A DNA stretch of 64,000 nucleotides from Octopus vulgaris (GCA_951406725.2 OX597819.1:107756001-107820000); one strand, 5' to 3'. Shown: positions 13,898 through 27,771, counted from the stretch's first letter. The notes: a model not told the origin generated them from the sequence alone. Made by a program: numbers and translations.

Positions 13898-14017
13898 AGC
13901 TGTTACTCAGAGTTTCACGTTCCCGTTCGTCGGACACTTGTTATGGAACGTAAGTCCCTCATATTGTTATCACAACTGTTCCACAAACGGTAACGTGAAA
14001 CTTTGAGTAACAGTTGT
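13898..14017. ncRNA. Inverted pair of minimal hammerhead-like motifs
   Basis: Minus: TGT-CCGACGA-ACG GGAA CGT-GAAA-CTC T GAG-TA-ACA. Plus: ACAACTGT-(decayed core)-ACG GTAA CGT-GAAA-CTTTGAG-TA-ACAGTTGT, with an 8-bp stem I. Confidence 0.7.
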
Positions 14018-14134
14018 ATACAAGCCGTTAGAAGACATAAAGCTTTGGAATTGCCTGAGATAAAATCTCTTCATAAATTTGTATTATATATACAAATATA
14101 TATATATGTAGTACAATGCACAGATGGCGATATG

Positions 14135-14442
14135 TTGTTTGTTCCTTCTCGAGCCACGCCTGGTTCATAAGGGCCTGTTTCCCGGTTTCCTTGGCGTATA
14201 GGTTCCCCACCTGGACGGGATGCCAGTCCGTCGCAGGTGAGCTGCAAGATGCAGGAAGAAAGAGTGGGAGAAAGTTGTTGCGAAAATGTCAGCAGAAGTT
14301 TCGCCATTACCTTCTGCCGGAGCCGCGTGGAACTTAGGTGTTTCGCTCATAAACACACACACATCGCCCGGTCTGAGATTCGAACCCGCGATCCCTCGAC
14401 CGCGAGTCCGCTGCTCTAACCACTAGGCCATGTGCTTCCACA
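14135..14442 (-). mobile_element. tRNA-derived SINE family E, variant tail
   Basis: Head TGGCCTAGTGGTTAGAGCAGCGGACTCGCGGTC..GGTTCGAATC (A and B boxes). Tail differs from the 2308-2592 copy. Confidence 0.8.
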
Positions 14443-15052
14443 TGATGGCAATATGTGCAGACGTTAAAAATTAAGCTGACCCTGACGGTTTCTACGATGA
14501 CTGTTATAGATCTTCGATCAACCGAACTGCTTACAACGAGTAAGTGACTGAGTATTTTACTATTACGTGTACACTTAATGCAATCTCTATGTAGAATAAC
14601 CGTTGTACAATGTGTGACAAGGCCGGGCTTTAGAAGAGTAGGAACAGTAAATCTGATAGGCTTCTGCATAGTTTCCATTTACACGCTTTCACTTATAAAA
14701 CAAAGTTTACCGAAATTATGTGAAGCGAAACCTAGGATATCAAGCAGTGGAATCGAACCCCAAACATCATATTGACATGGTTTAGAGTGTATGACACATT
14801 CAGTTCTTAGAAATGAAAAGAGTATCAATAACCTTATTAGTACCAAGCACTGTACTGCAGTGTACACCACCAACTATGAATGCAGTGGTGTAGCAACTGT
14901 GGTCATTAGCAGAATTAATAGGCGTACAAAAGTATCCTGAACAGCGGAGAGAGGGGGAAATTGCGGCCCAAACGGCAAATCACTATATTCCTTCAAACAA
15001 ACCGTTTGTTTTTGTTTTTGTTTTTCAGACGAAATGTTATAATTTTATTTTT

Positions 15053-15270
15053 AGGCAGTGAGCTGGAGAATCGTTACCTCGCTGGAAAAAATTTTAGTGC
15101 CATTTCTTCCGTCTTTACGTTCTGAATTCAAATTCTAACGAGGTCCACTTTGCCTTTCATCCTTTCGGGGTCGATAAATTAAGTACCAGTTGAACACTGA
15201 GGCCGATGTAATCGACTTATCCCTTCCCCTGAAACTGCTGACCTTGTACCAATCTTTGAAATCAATATTT
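15053..15270 (+). mobile_element. SINE family D copy
   Basis: Family D head and GCCTTTCATCCTTTCGGGGTCGATAAATTAAGTACCAG core. Further copies near 12285 and 16058. Confidence 0.8.
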
Positions 15271-15364
15271 AAAATTTACTTCAGTCTTTCTTTCTGATTA
15301 ACTTTGTGTTAGTCATACAATATAATTGCTTAATTAATGATAAATCATCTAAAGCACATATGCT

Positions 15365-15576
15365 TTTTTACTCTTTTACTTGTTTCAGTCATTTGACTGT
15401 AGCCATGCTGGAGCACCGCCTTTAGTCGAGCAAATCGACCCCAGGACTTATTCTTTGTAAGCCTACTACTTATTCTATCGGACTCTTTACCCGAACCGCT
15501 AGGTTACGGGGACGTAAACGCACCAGCATCGGTTGTCAATCGATGTTGGGAGACAAACACAGACACACAAACATAT

Positions 15577-15639
<63 letters not shown>

Positions 15640-15808
15640 TATACGACGGGCTTCTTTCAGTTTCCGTCTACCAAATCCACTCATAAGACTTTGGTCGACC
15701 CGAGGCTATAGTAGAAGACATTTGCCCAAGGTGTCACGCAGTGGGACTGAACCCGGAACCATATGGTTCGTAAGCAAGCTACTTACCACACAGCCACTCC
15801 TACGCTTA
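15365..15808 (-). mobile_element. SINE family A, full length, with internal (TA)/(TG) microsatellite
   Basis: tRNA-like head GGAGTGGCTGTGTGGTAAG..GGTTCAGTCCC, CCTTGGGCAA core, microsatellite, LINE-like tail. Confidence 0.85.
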
Positions 15809-16799
15809 TATATACAAATTTAGCTACCTTCCAAGATAATAACTTCATTCATGAAGCTGAATTTTTATACCTTATTTCGGAAGGCGTTCGGGTACGTCTC
15901 TAACAGCAAATTATGAAACGATCTGTGAAGTAATTCACATCTTTTTTCTCTTCTGCCGAAAGCATAGACAGAATCTGTTTACATTCCTATAATTTACTAT
16001 AACATTTTCTATATTATAACTTATTTACTAAAGTCCTTCTAATATTTAAAATATATAAGGTGGTGAACTGGCAGAATCGTTAGCACACCGGGAAAAAAGA
16101 GTAGTGGCGTTTTGTCTGTCTTTACGTTCTGTATTCAACTTCCACCGAGGTCGACTTTGCCTTTCATGTTTGATCAAATAAGTACCAGTTGAGCACTAGA
16201 GTCAGTGTAATGGACTTACCCCTTTCCCAAAATTGCTGGCCTTGTGCCAAATTTGAAACCAGTCTTTAAAATAGATGTGATTATTTCCGTGACAGTCTAC
16301 ATATTCTTCAATTACTTCTGTTCTACTTAATATATGTTTCTTGTAGTGTCTAGCTATTATGAGTTTCATTTCATGCTGCGATCAAAATCCATTTGGTCCT
16401 ACAACTCTGTGCGCTGCGCTATTTAGCAGGTGCTAGGATTTTATAATTTGATTTTAACTGTACATGATACTCTTCTTACTTGCCAGATCTGAGGGATCTG
16501 TAACATTAAAACCTATTAGATTGATGCCATTAATATATCTTCTTTGTAAATCAAAACTTGCTGGGGTGATATAAGCTGGGCGGCAATTCCAGGAAATCCA
16601 CGGTCTAGAAGAAAAGATTAATGTGGAAATGAGTGGGGGTGGGTTATGAGGAAGTTGACAGTCTTATATAATTTTTATTTTCTAGTAGCAGAAGACACCT
16701 GTCTCCCTGTATTCTTTGTAAATATACCTGTGTCCATGTTTTGAATGGTGTCTTATGAATATAGCAAATATTGAATGGTGTTTTCTTAATTCAGAAAAA

Positions 16800-17250
16800 T
16801 ATTATCTAACTAAAATACATCTTTGCTTTCCTATGTAGTTTTTCTAACTCAGCTTATGCTTTATAGTGTAGTATTCATACCTATAAACTTGTTATTTACC
16901 TCATTTAATTAGTTTCTTAGTATTTTAATAACTCACCTTCCTATACTTTTCTTTCAACAGTGAATGTTTTTGCTTGTACTCTATTTCTTTAAAGCCGAAC
17001 TAATTGCAGCTCCGTTTTTGGTCTAATATTTTTTATCTGTTTCTTCATCTAACGTCATATTTGTTAGTTTAATTCAATATTGTGTCTTCAACATTAACTT
17101 AACACACTTTTGTAAACCGAATTCCAATTCAATCTGCCTACTCAATCTGTGAACCGCAATAGTTGTTTGTCATCTACAGCATACAACTTGACGTCATCTA
17201 TAAATAGGCGATTGCTGGTTTGCCATAAACAAAACTTGTCTCCATAAGTA
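16800..17250 (-). mobile_element. Degenerate R4/Dong RT fragment
   Basis: Minus translation NRLFIDDVKLYAVDDKQL, then a frameshifted continuation. Confidence 0.6.
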
Positions 17251-18163
17251 GTCTGTTTAGAAATGTCATTCTTGAAAGTCATCCCAGACTATTGGGAGAA
17301 AATATTAGAAGAAAACACGCTTCGTGAATTATCTTCAGACAGGAGATCTCTTCTGAATGCTTACAACAGAGAGTACTCCACTAAAATCACCCAAAGTTGA
17401 GCTAGTGATGTTAAGGTAAAGATGTTAGACCAGGTACATCCCCTTAAAATTAAAACCATTGGGAATTGACAGTTAAGTTCTTGTTGGTGGTTATAAACTG
17501 ATTAATGTCAAATACTCTCCCCTACCTCTATTTTACTGGTACCATAAAACCAGCCATATCTTCATAAAAGAATATGCTTCAGGAGATGCTAGCAAGATAA
17601 TGATAAATAGATATGAGATGATAACCAGAAAGAAGAAGGACAGGGGTGACTTAACATATTATGATTATCAACTAAAAGGGGCCTAAAAGGGAAAACAAAG
17701 AAGGTCACAATGAGATCTAAGTGCGTGAATTAAAAGTACGGGGCAAATGTGCATCCAAACTTAGCAAAATTTACATATTAAAAAATAAAAATTTAGGAAG
17801 GATTTAAGGACCAAGTAAGAGAAGAAGGATACATAAAACAATCGAGGCCATGAAAGTGGGGGACTTTTATATAAAATAGAAACTTCATAATGCTTCTTCT
17901 TAGCATAATGTTAAGGTGATCATGATAAAACTATTCAACAACGAACCTATAATTAAATTCAGATGTCATCCAAGTAAGGATACACATTTTCTATTGAATC
18001 AAAACCAGAGATTAAAGGCTGAAAAAATAAGATAAATATTTCTATAACAGGTAAACTTATTTAAAAACCTTGGGAAAATATATTTATATAAAAATTACCA
18101 ACATTATGAAAAAATCTGAAAGGATATAAGGTTTAAAAATACCACATATATATACATAAAAAT

Positions 18164-18209
<46 letters not shown>

Positions 18210-18211
<2 letters not shown>

Positions 18212-19353
18212 GAAATATATAGTGCAATTATAAAATATAAAATACAAATATAAATAAATAAATATAAATACCATATTGTATTATATTATACCATGATTGC
18301 TATAGAGAGGAGTTACAAACTCCTTCACAATCTATAGAAATTACACCAATATATATGAGGGTATATAGATATACAAAATACAGTAATGTAATATAAAAGA
18401 ATAAATAAAATAAAATAAAAATGAATAAAAGGAAAAATATCTGTATAAAATTTCAATAAAGGATTTAAAAAATGAAAAAATAAAAATAAAGGTAAAACTT
18501 TTACATTGTGAATGCCATAAAATATATACCGGATATAAAAGGAGATAAAAGATAAAAAAATAAGGATAAGTCAAGATATTTATAAGAATATCGGAAATGG
18601 TTTTATAAAATATTTGTAAGATATATTATTACAGATGCAGATGTGTGTAGAATCATAACAGTTCTTAAAGGGTATATAATATCCTTAAGTGAGGCGTAAG
18701 ATCTGGTAATCCATTGTTAATATACTTATTGTGACTGATAGGGAAGAAAGTCTTAAAATGGAATGGGAAATAATGTAATCTAAGAATAGGAGGAATGCAG
18801 ATTAAACAGGGGTTATAAGAGGGCAATAATTCCATACAAGAGAGGGAATGTTAGGAAAGATATGACACCCCAGATAATTTCTGCCACTAAATTATATGTA
18901 TAATATTATTTGTTTCTAAAATATTTAAAGGTACGGTTCATCTTATGCACACAGGATACTCTGAGGTCTAATAGGATACTCTAAGGTCTAGTAATTAGGT
19001 TATTCTTATCTCTATACTTAAAAATTTCGTAAATTTCCATACAACATAGTTCGCATCCATATCTTTGTATGGCTGAACTCCCCGTACTATCCCATTTAAG
19101 GCTAAATTTACTATCGCTTTCCTTAATTTCCCAGATTTTACTAGATAATGATGTACTGTTAGTTTTATGTCTAAGTCTAAAAGATAGAAGATGTTTATTA
19201 AGGTGCTTCTTCATATCTATCGAACACCCGATATAAATAAAGTTACTAGTTTCAGTCATTACTGTACATTTGTAAACAACATTTTGGACTTAACAAGACC
19301 TAATAACGGGCATGGAGATCTTACCCTACAATTGCAGCTGGGGATATTACTGC

Positions 19354-19395
<42 letters not shown>

Positions 19396-19403
19396 CATTA
19401 TTA

Positions 19404-19438
<35 letters not shown>

Positions 19439-21520
19439 TAGTTTTATTTTTATAGCATGCTTTCATTTCACTACCGAGCGCAGCTCTGTGTGCCTTGGGT
19501 ATGTGCTGTGGTTTGCTGTGATACTCTTATGGTTACTGTATTGAAAGTGCCCAGTAGTGCAATTTTCTGTATGTTATATATATTTGTAAGTCCTGGTGTT
19601 TTTGTTATGTATCTGTCTGAATATTTTTTTATCATACCTAATGTGCCTACTATGATAGGAATTATTTCTGTTTTAGATTCCACATTCGAGTTACCTCTAT
19701 TTCCAGGTTTTTGTATTTTTAAAATTTCCTCATTTCTTTTAGAGAAACGTTGTCATCTGCTGGTATTGATACATCAATTAGAAAGCATTTTTTTCTTCAT
19801 GATCTCTGACAACTTTATCTAGCTTTTTAGCCTTAATTTCTTTATGTGTGTGTATTGGCATATCCCAGAGTATGGTTGCTTTATTATTATCATCATTATT
19901 ATTATTATTATTAATAGTAGTATTACTTCTATCATTTATAGTATCACGCAAATTCGTTGCAGTATTATCAGGTGTTGTGTCAGTAATACCTGAGTTATAT
20001 CTAGCGGTATCACTGTTTATATTAGTTCTATCATTCTAGATTCCTATATATCCACTATTATCATCATTACAGGTGTTTAAATCACTATTGATAATATTAT
20101 TATCACTAATCCCCCGGGATAATTTTATATTTCTTCTATTAAATCGGGCTATAAAAGTACCTATATTAGGAAGGGTGGAATATGATATTCTGATTATCTT
20201 ACGGGAGAAGATTTTTTTGTACTTATGAGAAGCTGAGAAGATTTTTTTTCTAAAATCGCCATAAATTTATTATATATATATATTAGTAGATATAGTACAG
20301 TTAAAGGGAATATTATACCAGACTACATTATTATTTCTCGAATTCTTAGGTTTATGAAAGCGTATCCTATCAATTCTACTACCTCTCGAACTCTCTGTTT
20401 GATTATTAAATATGGTCTTATTATCGGTATTTATGTTATCACTAGAGCAGGCTCCATTCATCTCGGTCTTATCCTTACTATTATTATACATGTTAGATAT
20501 TTTACCGTCCATAGATTCTATTTTCTTATTGTTATATATCTTATTCATTGATTTAATAGGAATGTTAGAGGCTATCCTGATAGGTTTATTTGCTCGACTA
20601 GGTGGGCTATTGTTCCTCTTTTCCCGTCTATTTTCATTACAATTCCTAGTAGGTATCTGACTTTCCGAATTAAAGAAAGCAATCTCCTGATTATATCCTG
20701 CTTTAGAAAGAGCAGAGTTATACTAGTGGGAGTATGAATTAAATATATCTCTATTAGCTGATAATTTCGTAATTCGTCTCGAAATTTCTTTTAATACCGA
20801 TTTTAATACATTAGGGGACGTGATTAGAGGATTTGCTCACATACCTAGTAATTTCATCCGGTTTTCTAGCCAGAATTTATATCTAAAATAGTGTCTAAGA
20901 AGTTAGCTAACATCGTGCCGTATTCGAAAGTGAGTCTTAGGTTAAAGCTTTTGAAGAATTTTCTGATTTTGTTCCTAATTCTTTCTATAAGTGTTTTACT
21001 ATTACTAGGTATAATGAACAACGCATCATTCTCATAAAGATTACCCTGCAGTTCAGGGATTTCACTAACAAGACTTTAAGAGATATGCACCAAACAAATC
21101 AGTAATCTGGGCCGAGACACTCGAACTCATAGGAAAATTAAAATTATTAAGGGTGTCCCACCTCGTTCATAACCTACCTCCAAATTCTATGATAGTTTTC
21201 CTAGCTAAATGAATAATATCTATTCCGTGCCTAGTTATAAGAGAGAGGCTTTTAGCGAAAAATCACGAACTTGTTTAATAGAATAGGGGAGATGCTAGAA
21301 TAATAACCATTGATATCAAATTGTATAAACGAGTAATTACTTACATTTTCAATAGATGTGAACAAATGTATTACTTCATCAGTATTACACCATGATTTAA
21401 GAGATAAATTAGGAATTATTAGGGGCAATATCGTATCAAGAATGGATTTACTAAGTCGACCAAGTAAGCCTAACAGAGGGATTGTACATATAGTTGGTGT
21501 TTAGTATCGTCTTACAACGA
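18210..21520 (-). mobile_element. Degenerate Penelope-like element (RT, Asn-rich linker, GIY-YIG, pLTR), same group as the 29-32 kb element
   Basis: Minus motifs FIQFDING, FPMSSSVSAQITDL, SRNNNVVWYNIPF, IIRISYSTLPN, SCNCRVRSPCPL, FIYIGCS, LSSKIWEIK, CELCCME. AT-rich terminal segment ends at (TA)n near 18170-18209. Confidence 0.85.
19437..19880 (-). mobile_element. R4/Dong LINE 3' end nested in the PLE
   Basis: KTEIIPIIVGTLGMIKKY..IQKIALLGT plus 3' UTR, flanked on both sides by (AAT)n. Confidence 0.85.
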
Positions 21521-22097
21521 AACCAGATCTAATAACTCTGATATTCTCTGATATTATTTTAGCGTAACTTTGAATACTTTCATATTAAAGACTACTACGA
21601 TCATCTGAACGAAAGCCATGCTTATCCATCTATTTATATGTGAGGGGTTTTGTGGGGCAAGTATGCGTGAGTTTGTGTATGTGTGTGTGCGTCCGTGCGT
21701 GTGCGCGCGTGTGCATGTGTGTGTGCGTTTGCGTGTGTGTGTGTAGTTCTACAATTGTCCACTATCGAAACCGTCAGGTCATATCTCAATAAATTCTTTC
21801 CAAGGATTAAACAAGTGACAAAAAGTATGGACTATAAATGACGGTGAAGATGAAAACCAGAATCGGTTGATTCGATTGAATATTCTTCAAGGTGATACCC
21901 CAGCATGGCCGCAGCCTAATGGCTAAAACGAGTAAAAGATAAAAATAAAGATAAAAGATATATTTATACATAACATATAGACAGACATACAGATAGACAA
22001 ACAAATAGTTAGATACATACATACATACATACATACATACATACATACATACATACATACATACATACATACATACATACATACATACATACATACA

Positions 22098-22300
22098 AAA
22101 TGTAACCACATGTGAATCGTTGGCGATTTTCTTCCTCCGTCTGCTCTTCTTTTGGACTTTTTTCTGTTTCTGAAGAAGAGCCTTGCTCGAAACGTAAAAC
22201 CATCTTTTTTACCTTTCCTGGGTGTCAGATAATACATTATATGTACCACGTCCTCGCGTTTTTACTTTTTCATGTTTGTTCTTTTTTTAGATTTACTACA
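22098..22300 (+). mobile_element. ~200-bp PLE pLTR-like element (family P1) with minimal hammerhead at 22166-22200
   Basis: GTTT-CTGAAGA-A-GAGC CTT GCTC-GAAA-CG-TA-AAAC. Embedded in (ACAT)n. Homologs at 34440, 43910 and 55830. Confidence 0.8.
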
Positions 22301-23246
22301 TACATACATACGTACATATATAGACCTTTGTGTGTGTGTGTGTTTAGTGCGATTTAAAATTTAGATTGCAGTATAAATCACCAAAATTTAGAACACCGTA
22401 GGTATTCCTGTTCGTATCATTGTCCTCATATCATTAAGTATGAATCCGCAGTTTGGGGACGTTACAGAGTGCATATCAAAAGGAAGCATGACGTCCATAA
22501 AATGTTAGAATCTCTCATATTCTGTGCTTTATATCATTTTGTTCTTTATACACCTGTTGATTGTTTAGCCGACCAAAACTTCGAAATAGCTGTCAATTGT
22601 ATTGAATAATCATTCTGCTTAGTGTAAACTTGTTTGTTTCATAACCTACAAACAATCGCTAATATGTATGTGTGCATGTATCTATTCCTCTCTCTCCCTC
22701 TCCCTCTCTCTCTCCCTCTCTCTCTCTCTCCCTCTCTCTCTCTCTCTCTCACTCTCTATGAACGGGTACGTAATTGGCAATAAATGTCAAGGTGAAGAAT
22801 GTTATGCAATTTTAGAAAACAGAAAGGCACAAATAGAAAACAAAGGAACAAATGTTTAAGGAACATTAACAGAACTAAAAAATATTCGGTTTGACATTTT
22901 AATTTTAATAAGCTGTAATCTCCGGGAGAAAGTTCTTCTACATATATATGTAAGAAACAACAAACATGGTGATACAAGTGCATATTCTCAAATTTATAAA
23001 TACTTAAATACATAATGATGTTTCTTTTAAAATTTCTTACTTAAACCCCTTCGGAACAACATACTTGTTTCCCATAGTTGAATTCAACGATGTTAAACAA
23101 TATCTTTTGTTATTTGTTGAAGTAGAAGAGACAATTATATAATTAGCTGTAGCATCATACAATGTGTGGATGAGTGTACGTGAGTTCATAGGGATAAGTT
23201 CATTCACTACACACTTACACGCACACAAATACATAGGTATACATAC

Positions 23247-23290
<44 letters not shown>

Positions 23291-23292
<2 letters not shown>

Positions 23293-24283
23293 CAGAGTTC
23301 TCCTTCAAAGAGGGACAACGTTTCACAGTGAAAAGCAACTTCACATATACTTCGGTGAACTTGATATACGCACTAACCTGCACTGGGTATCAAGAGCAAT
23401 ACATAGGTCAAACAAAAAGCAGTCTACGTAAAGAATGTCTCTGCACAGATCCCAGATCAAAATTCCCCAAAACAGAAAAAATAGCATTCAGCCAACACAT
23501 AGACATTTGCGCCAACAACAAAAATCCAAGCTTCAGAATTTTCCCCTCTACTAAGTCAGGGACGATACAGTCTGGAGCCAACGAATTAGAAAAGAGACTC
23601 TGTTTATTACAAAATGCAGACCCTTTTTGAACGCGTCTACAACAAACGACATATCTACCACGGCCTTAGAATAACACAAATACACACGAAAATATAAAAA
23701 ATGATATACTCAAGAGATTCTCAAGAATTCATTAAAAACAGTCCCAATTACTGTTATAATCCATAACGTGCCAATTTTAAGTCATTTGAACATTTAACAT
23801 CTTACTACTTTCATACTAACTACATTCCTTCTTATTCTCCCTTCTCTTTCTTCTTCTTTGTCTTCCTCCTCCTTCCTAACTTTACCACTATTGCTGTTTA
23901 GAATAACACCTACGCAAATTTTATAAACAAAACATTTAAAAGAGATGTTTGAGGAATTTAACAATTACTACTACCATCCACAGCGGGTCATTTTCGGGGC
24001 AGCTGAGCATTCAACATACTACTGTCATGGCACTCCCACATTCTTCTTCTTCCCTACCAAGAATTTACAACCCACAAGAGTAAACAAGAGAGACAGAAAC
24101 AGGCAGAAAATGCCACTTGTATTTGAACACTATGCAAATATTCTTTTAAAAAACTTTTCTTTTGATTTTTCCAAATTTAATTTGTTTTCCGTACTTACAG
24201 TTGAAAAAGTGTCAATGACTGAAACTGGTACTGAAATGTTTTTTATAAAATTATTTTAGCATTTTCTATCTTGACATTTTTCC
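23291..24283 (+). mobile_element. PLE 3' fragment (GIY-YIG endonuclease + pLTR with decayed hammerhead at 24196-24236)
   Basis: NLIYALTCTGYQEQYIGQT..FSQHIDIC; CAG-TTGAAAA-AGT..ACT-GAAA-CTGG-TA-CTG. (TA)n on both sides. Confidence 0.8.
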
Positions 24284-24412
24284 ATATATATATATATATG
24301 CGACGGGCTTTCTTTTCAATTTCCGTTTACCAAATCCGCTCACAAGGCTTGGTCAATCCGAGTCTATAGTAAAAGACACTTGGTCAAGGTGCCACGCAGT
24401 GGAACTGAACCC

Positions 24413-24468
<56 letters not shown>

Positions 24469-24689
24469 GATATGTATTATGCACGCATGTGTGCGTGTGC
24501 ATATATGTATTATGTTTGTACCTATATTCTATATACATACGTATGTTATGTATACATATTAACGTATGAATGTATTTATCATTCTATTTGACTCAGGTTT
24601 AGTCTTATACCTGGTAGAATTTATGTGAGTTGCGCATTACTACCCGTAACCTTAGATATCCACAAGCTTTAAATAATCTTTCAAGTATT

Positions 24690-24930
24690 CAAAACTCTTC
24701 TGATAATCTCTCCTGAAGCTCTACAGGACATTCTATTCCAATCACCTTCTATATAATTACTCACAGTCCCAAATGCACCAATTGTTACGAGCACAACATT
24801 TACAGTTTTTGTATTTGAAATTCTCGCAATTTTAAATTTTAAGGGATTGTGTTATTTTATTTTTCATCTTCTTTCTTTACAATCCTGGAATCAAACGGAC
24901 ATGATAGATCAATTAGCAATTCATGTGTGG
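24690..24930 (-). mobile_element. R4/Dong RLE fragment
   Basis: LIDLSCPFDSRIVKKEDEK..VTIGAFGTV, homologous to 4991-5293. Confidence 0.7.
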
Positions 24931-24936
24931 GATGGC

Positions 24937-24982
<46 letters not shown>

Positions 24983-25376
24983 ATGTATGTTTTGATATGA
25001 TATTTGGGAAGGAAACTGAGTACTCTTCTCTGAGGAGCGGTCAATAAATGATGAGACGGTCGGTCAGGAGACTGCGACACATCAATAAAACAGAATGTGT
25101 TAACGTTCTTATTTCCATTTAGTAAGGCTTATAACATTTACAAATTTTTCAGTCCTTATATACAGTGTTTGCATGTGTGGGGGGGTGCGCGTGCGTATGG
25201 GTGTATATATCAGGCACATGCCGTCAGTAATCATTCAGGGTAGACATCTTATGCGTATTAATCTGAGTAACCTTCATATTTTGCCATCAAAAGAAAATGT
25301 TGCTATCGGTCTACTCTGTAGAAGGTAGGCACTGCCTATCTTGCCTACCTACGCGGCACGTCCCTGATCTATATGT

Positions 25377-27771
25377 GTGTGTGTGTGTGTCTTTGTGTTT
25401 GAATATATATGCTTCACAAATAATATGGATCTCATCCATAATATGAAAGTGACACCGACACTACTCTCGGATCACAACATGGTAGAGCTGACTATGTACG
25501 GGCCAAAGGAAAGCATGGACATGCAGCCTACAAGAAGCTCTCAGAATCTTTCCAGCTTGAACTTCAATAAGGCAAACTGGAAACAAATTGAGAAAGAGAT
25601 CCTCAAACAAAACTGGCCTGAATGTCTCTCCTCGCCGGACATCGACATGAAACTCCAAAAATTCATGTCTGTAATGCAAGCCATATGCTACAAATATGTC
25701 CCAGAGAGAAAGGCCACTGTACACAAGAACAAAATCCCCAGAGAGAGGAAAATTTTAATGAGACGGCGTACAAAAATTTCAAATCGCCTAAACAAACAAA
25801 TTGAAAGCAGTGAAAAGTCCCGCCTGAAAATAAAACTGTTGGAAATTGAAAATTGTCTGCAACTCTCCCATGAAAAGGAAAGAGCAGACAAAGAAGCCTG
25901 GGCTATAGACAACATAAAAACTAACCCCAGAGCTTTCTACAGGTATGCCAAAGAAACAGCTACGGTGCACTGTAGGATAGGGCCACTCCTTGAAAAGGAT
26001 GGCACACTCACAGGAAAACCAATGAGGGTAAGTGAAATACTGAATGAACAATTCAAGAGTGTTTTCACTCCACCCCTTGGGCATTTCCAAATCAGCAATC
26101 CAACTGACTTCTTTACCACTGCAGATATAAAATCAGAGGCGGCGACGATAAATTACATCGATATAAAGGAAGACGATGTAATAAAGGCTATAGATGAAAT
26201 GAAAACAGACTCAGCTATTGGCCCCGATGGATTCCCGGCAATCCTCCTAAAAGCATGTAAGAGAGTCCTAGCAAGACCACTGCAGTTCCTCTTTCAGAGC
26301 TTCCTTGCAGCTGGCAAACTTCCAAGAAAACTGAAGGAAGGTAAAATATGCCCTATTCATAAAGGAGGTAGCAGAGCGGAGGCCAAGAACTACAGACCTA
26401 TCTCTCTCACCTCACACATCAGCAAGGTCATGGAACGAATAGTTAGAAGGAAACTAATCACCTTCCTTGAAGAAAATGACTTACTGCCTGACACCCAACA
26501 TGGTTTCCGACCAGGAAGAAGCTGCTTAACTCAGCTCCTACAACACTATGACTGGGTGCTGAAACAACTGCTCAACCACTCAAATGTGGAAGTCATATAT
26601 CTCGACTTCGCAAAGGCCTTCGATAAAGTCGATCATGGAATGATATGTTACAAACTGCGTGATCTCAACATAGTTGGAAAACTGGGAGAATGGCTTCATG
26701 ACTTTCTGAAGAATAGAAGTCAGGTGGTAGCAGCCAATGGGGCCACTTCCATTAACACGCAAATAGTGAGCGGTGTTCCGCAGGGCACTGTTTTGGGACC
26801 ACTACTGTTCATAATGGCCCTCTCAGACATGCCCTCAGCCACGCAGAGAGCCACGATCACAAGTTATGCAGATGATACAAAAGTTTCACAGGCAATACAG
26901 AACCCTGAAGACACTAAGCACCTGCAATGTGAGCTGGACGAAATATACAAGTGGGCTGAAAAGAATAGCATGCAGTTCAATGCTGAAAAGTTTCAAGCTT
27001 TATACTATCAGCATGCAAAACTGAATGCAATACCCAATGAATACACTGGACCCGGAGGGATTGCAATCCCGGAGGCACAATCAGTGCGTGACCTGGGTAT
27101 TCACATGAGTGATGACGCGACCTTTCATGTACATGTTGCTAAACAGACAATGAAATGTAGACGGCTGGCTGGATGGATTCTTAGAACCTTTAGAACAAGA
27201 GAACAAGAAACCATGATGGTCCTCTGGAAGACACTTGCCCTAAGCCACTTTGACTATTGCTCTCAGCTATGGTCACCATCCAGTGTCAAGTTGATCACAG
27301 AACTTGAGGCGATCCAACGAAGCTACACGAAGAAGATAGCCTCTGTGCAGTATATGAGCTACTGGGAAAGACTCCAGAGATTAAAGCTCTATTCCATGGA
27401 GCGTAGGCGAGAAAGATATGCTATAATATATATCTGGAAGATCCTGGAAGGTCTTGTCCCAGACTTTGGCATCGAGAGTCACACAAATGCCAGAACCGGA
27501 CGCCACTGCGTAGTACCAAGGACTCCAAATTTGCCATCAAGATGTAGGACAAGATATTGTGATAGCCTTCAGAGGCCCACGGCTCTTCAATATCCTCCCG
27601 AAGAACCTGAGGGACCTGCATGGTGTAGATGCGGTTGTCTTTAAAGTAGGACTGGATCTCTTCCTGTCAGGTGTCCCGGATGAACCAACTTCACGGCAGG
27701 AGGTGCAGATGAGGGCAGCTGCATCGAACTCTCTCATGCATCAGATGGCGTTTGCTAAAAAGCATCCGTGA
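25377..27771 (+). pseudogene. LINE ORF2 (partial endonuclease + reverse transcriptase)
   Basis: ORF track 25377-27644 plus 27559-27771. The N-terminal MCVCV comes from (TG)n and is not a true start. Confidence 0.9.

Noticed and set aside
14370-14440. tRNA gene
   Set aside because: A/B boxes are present but run straight into a SINE body. The same holds for the heads at 40463 and 50070.
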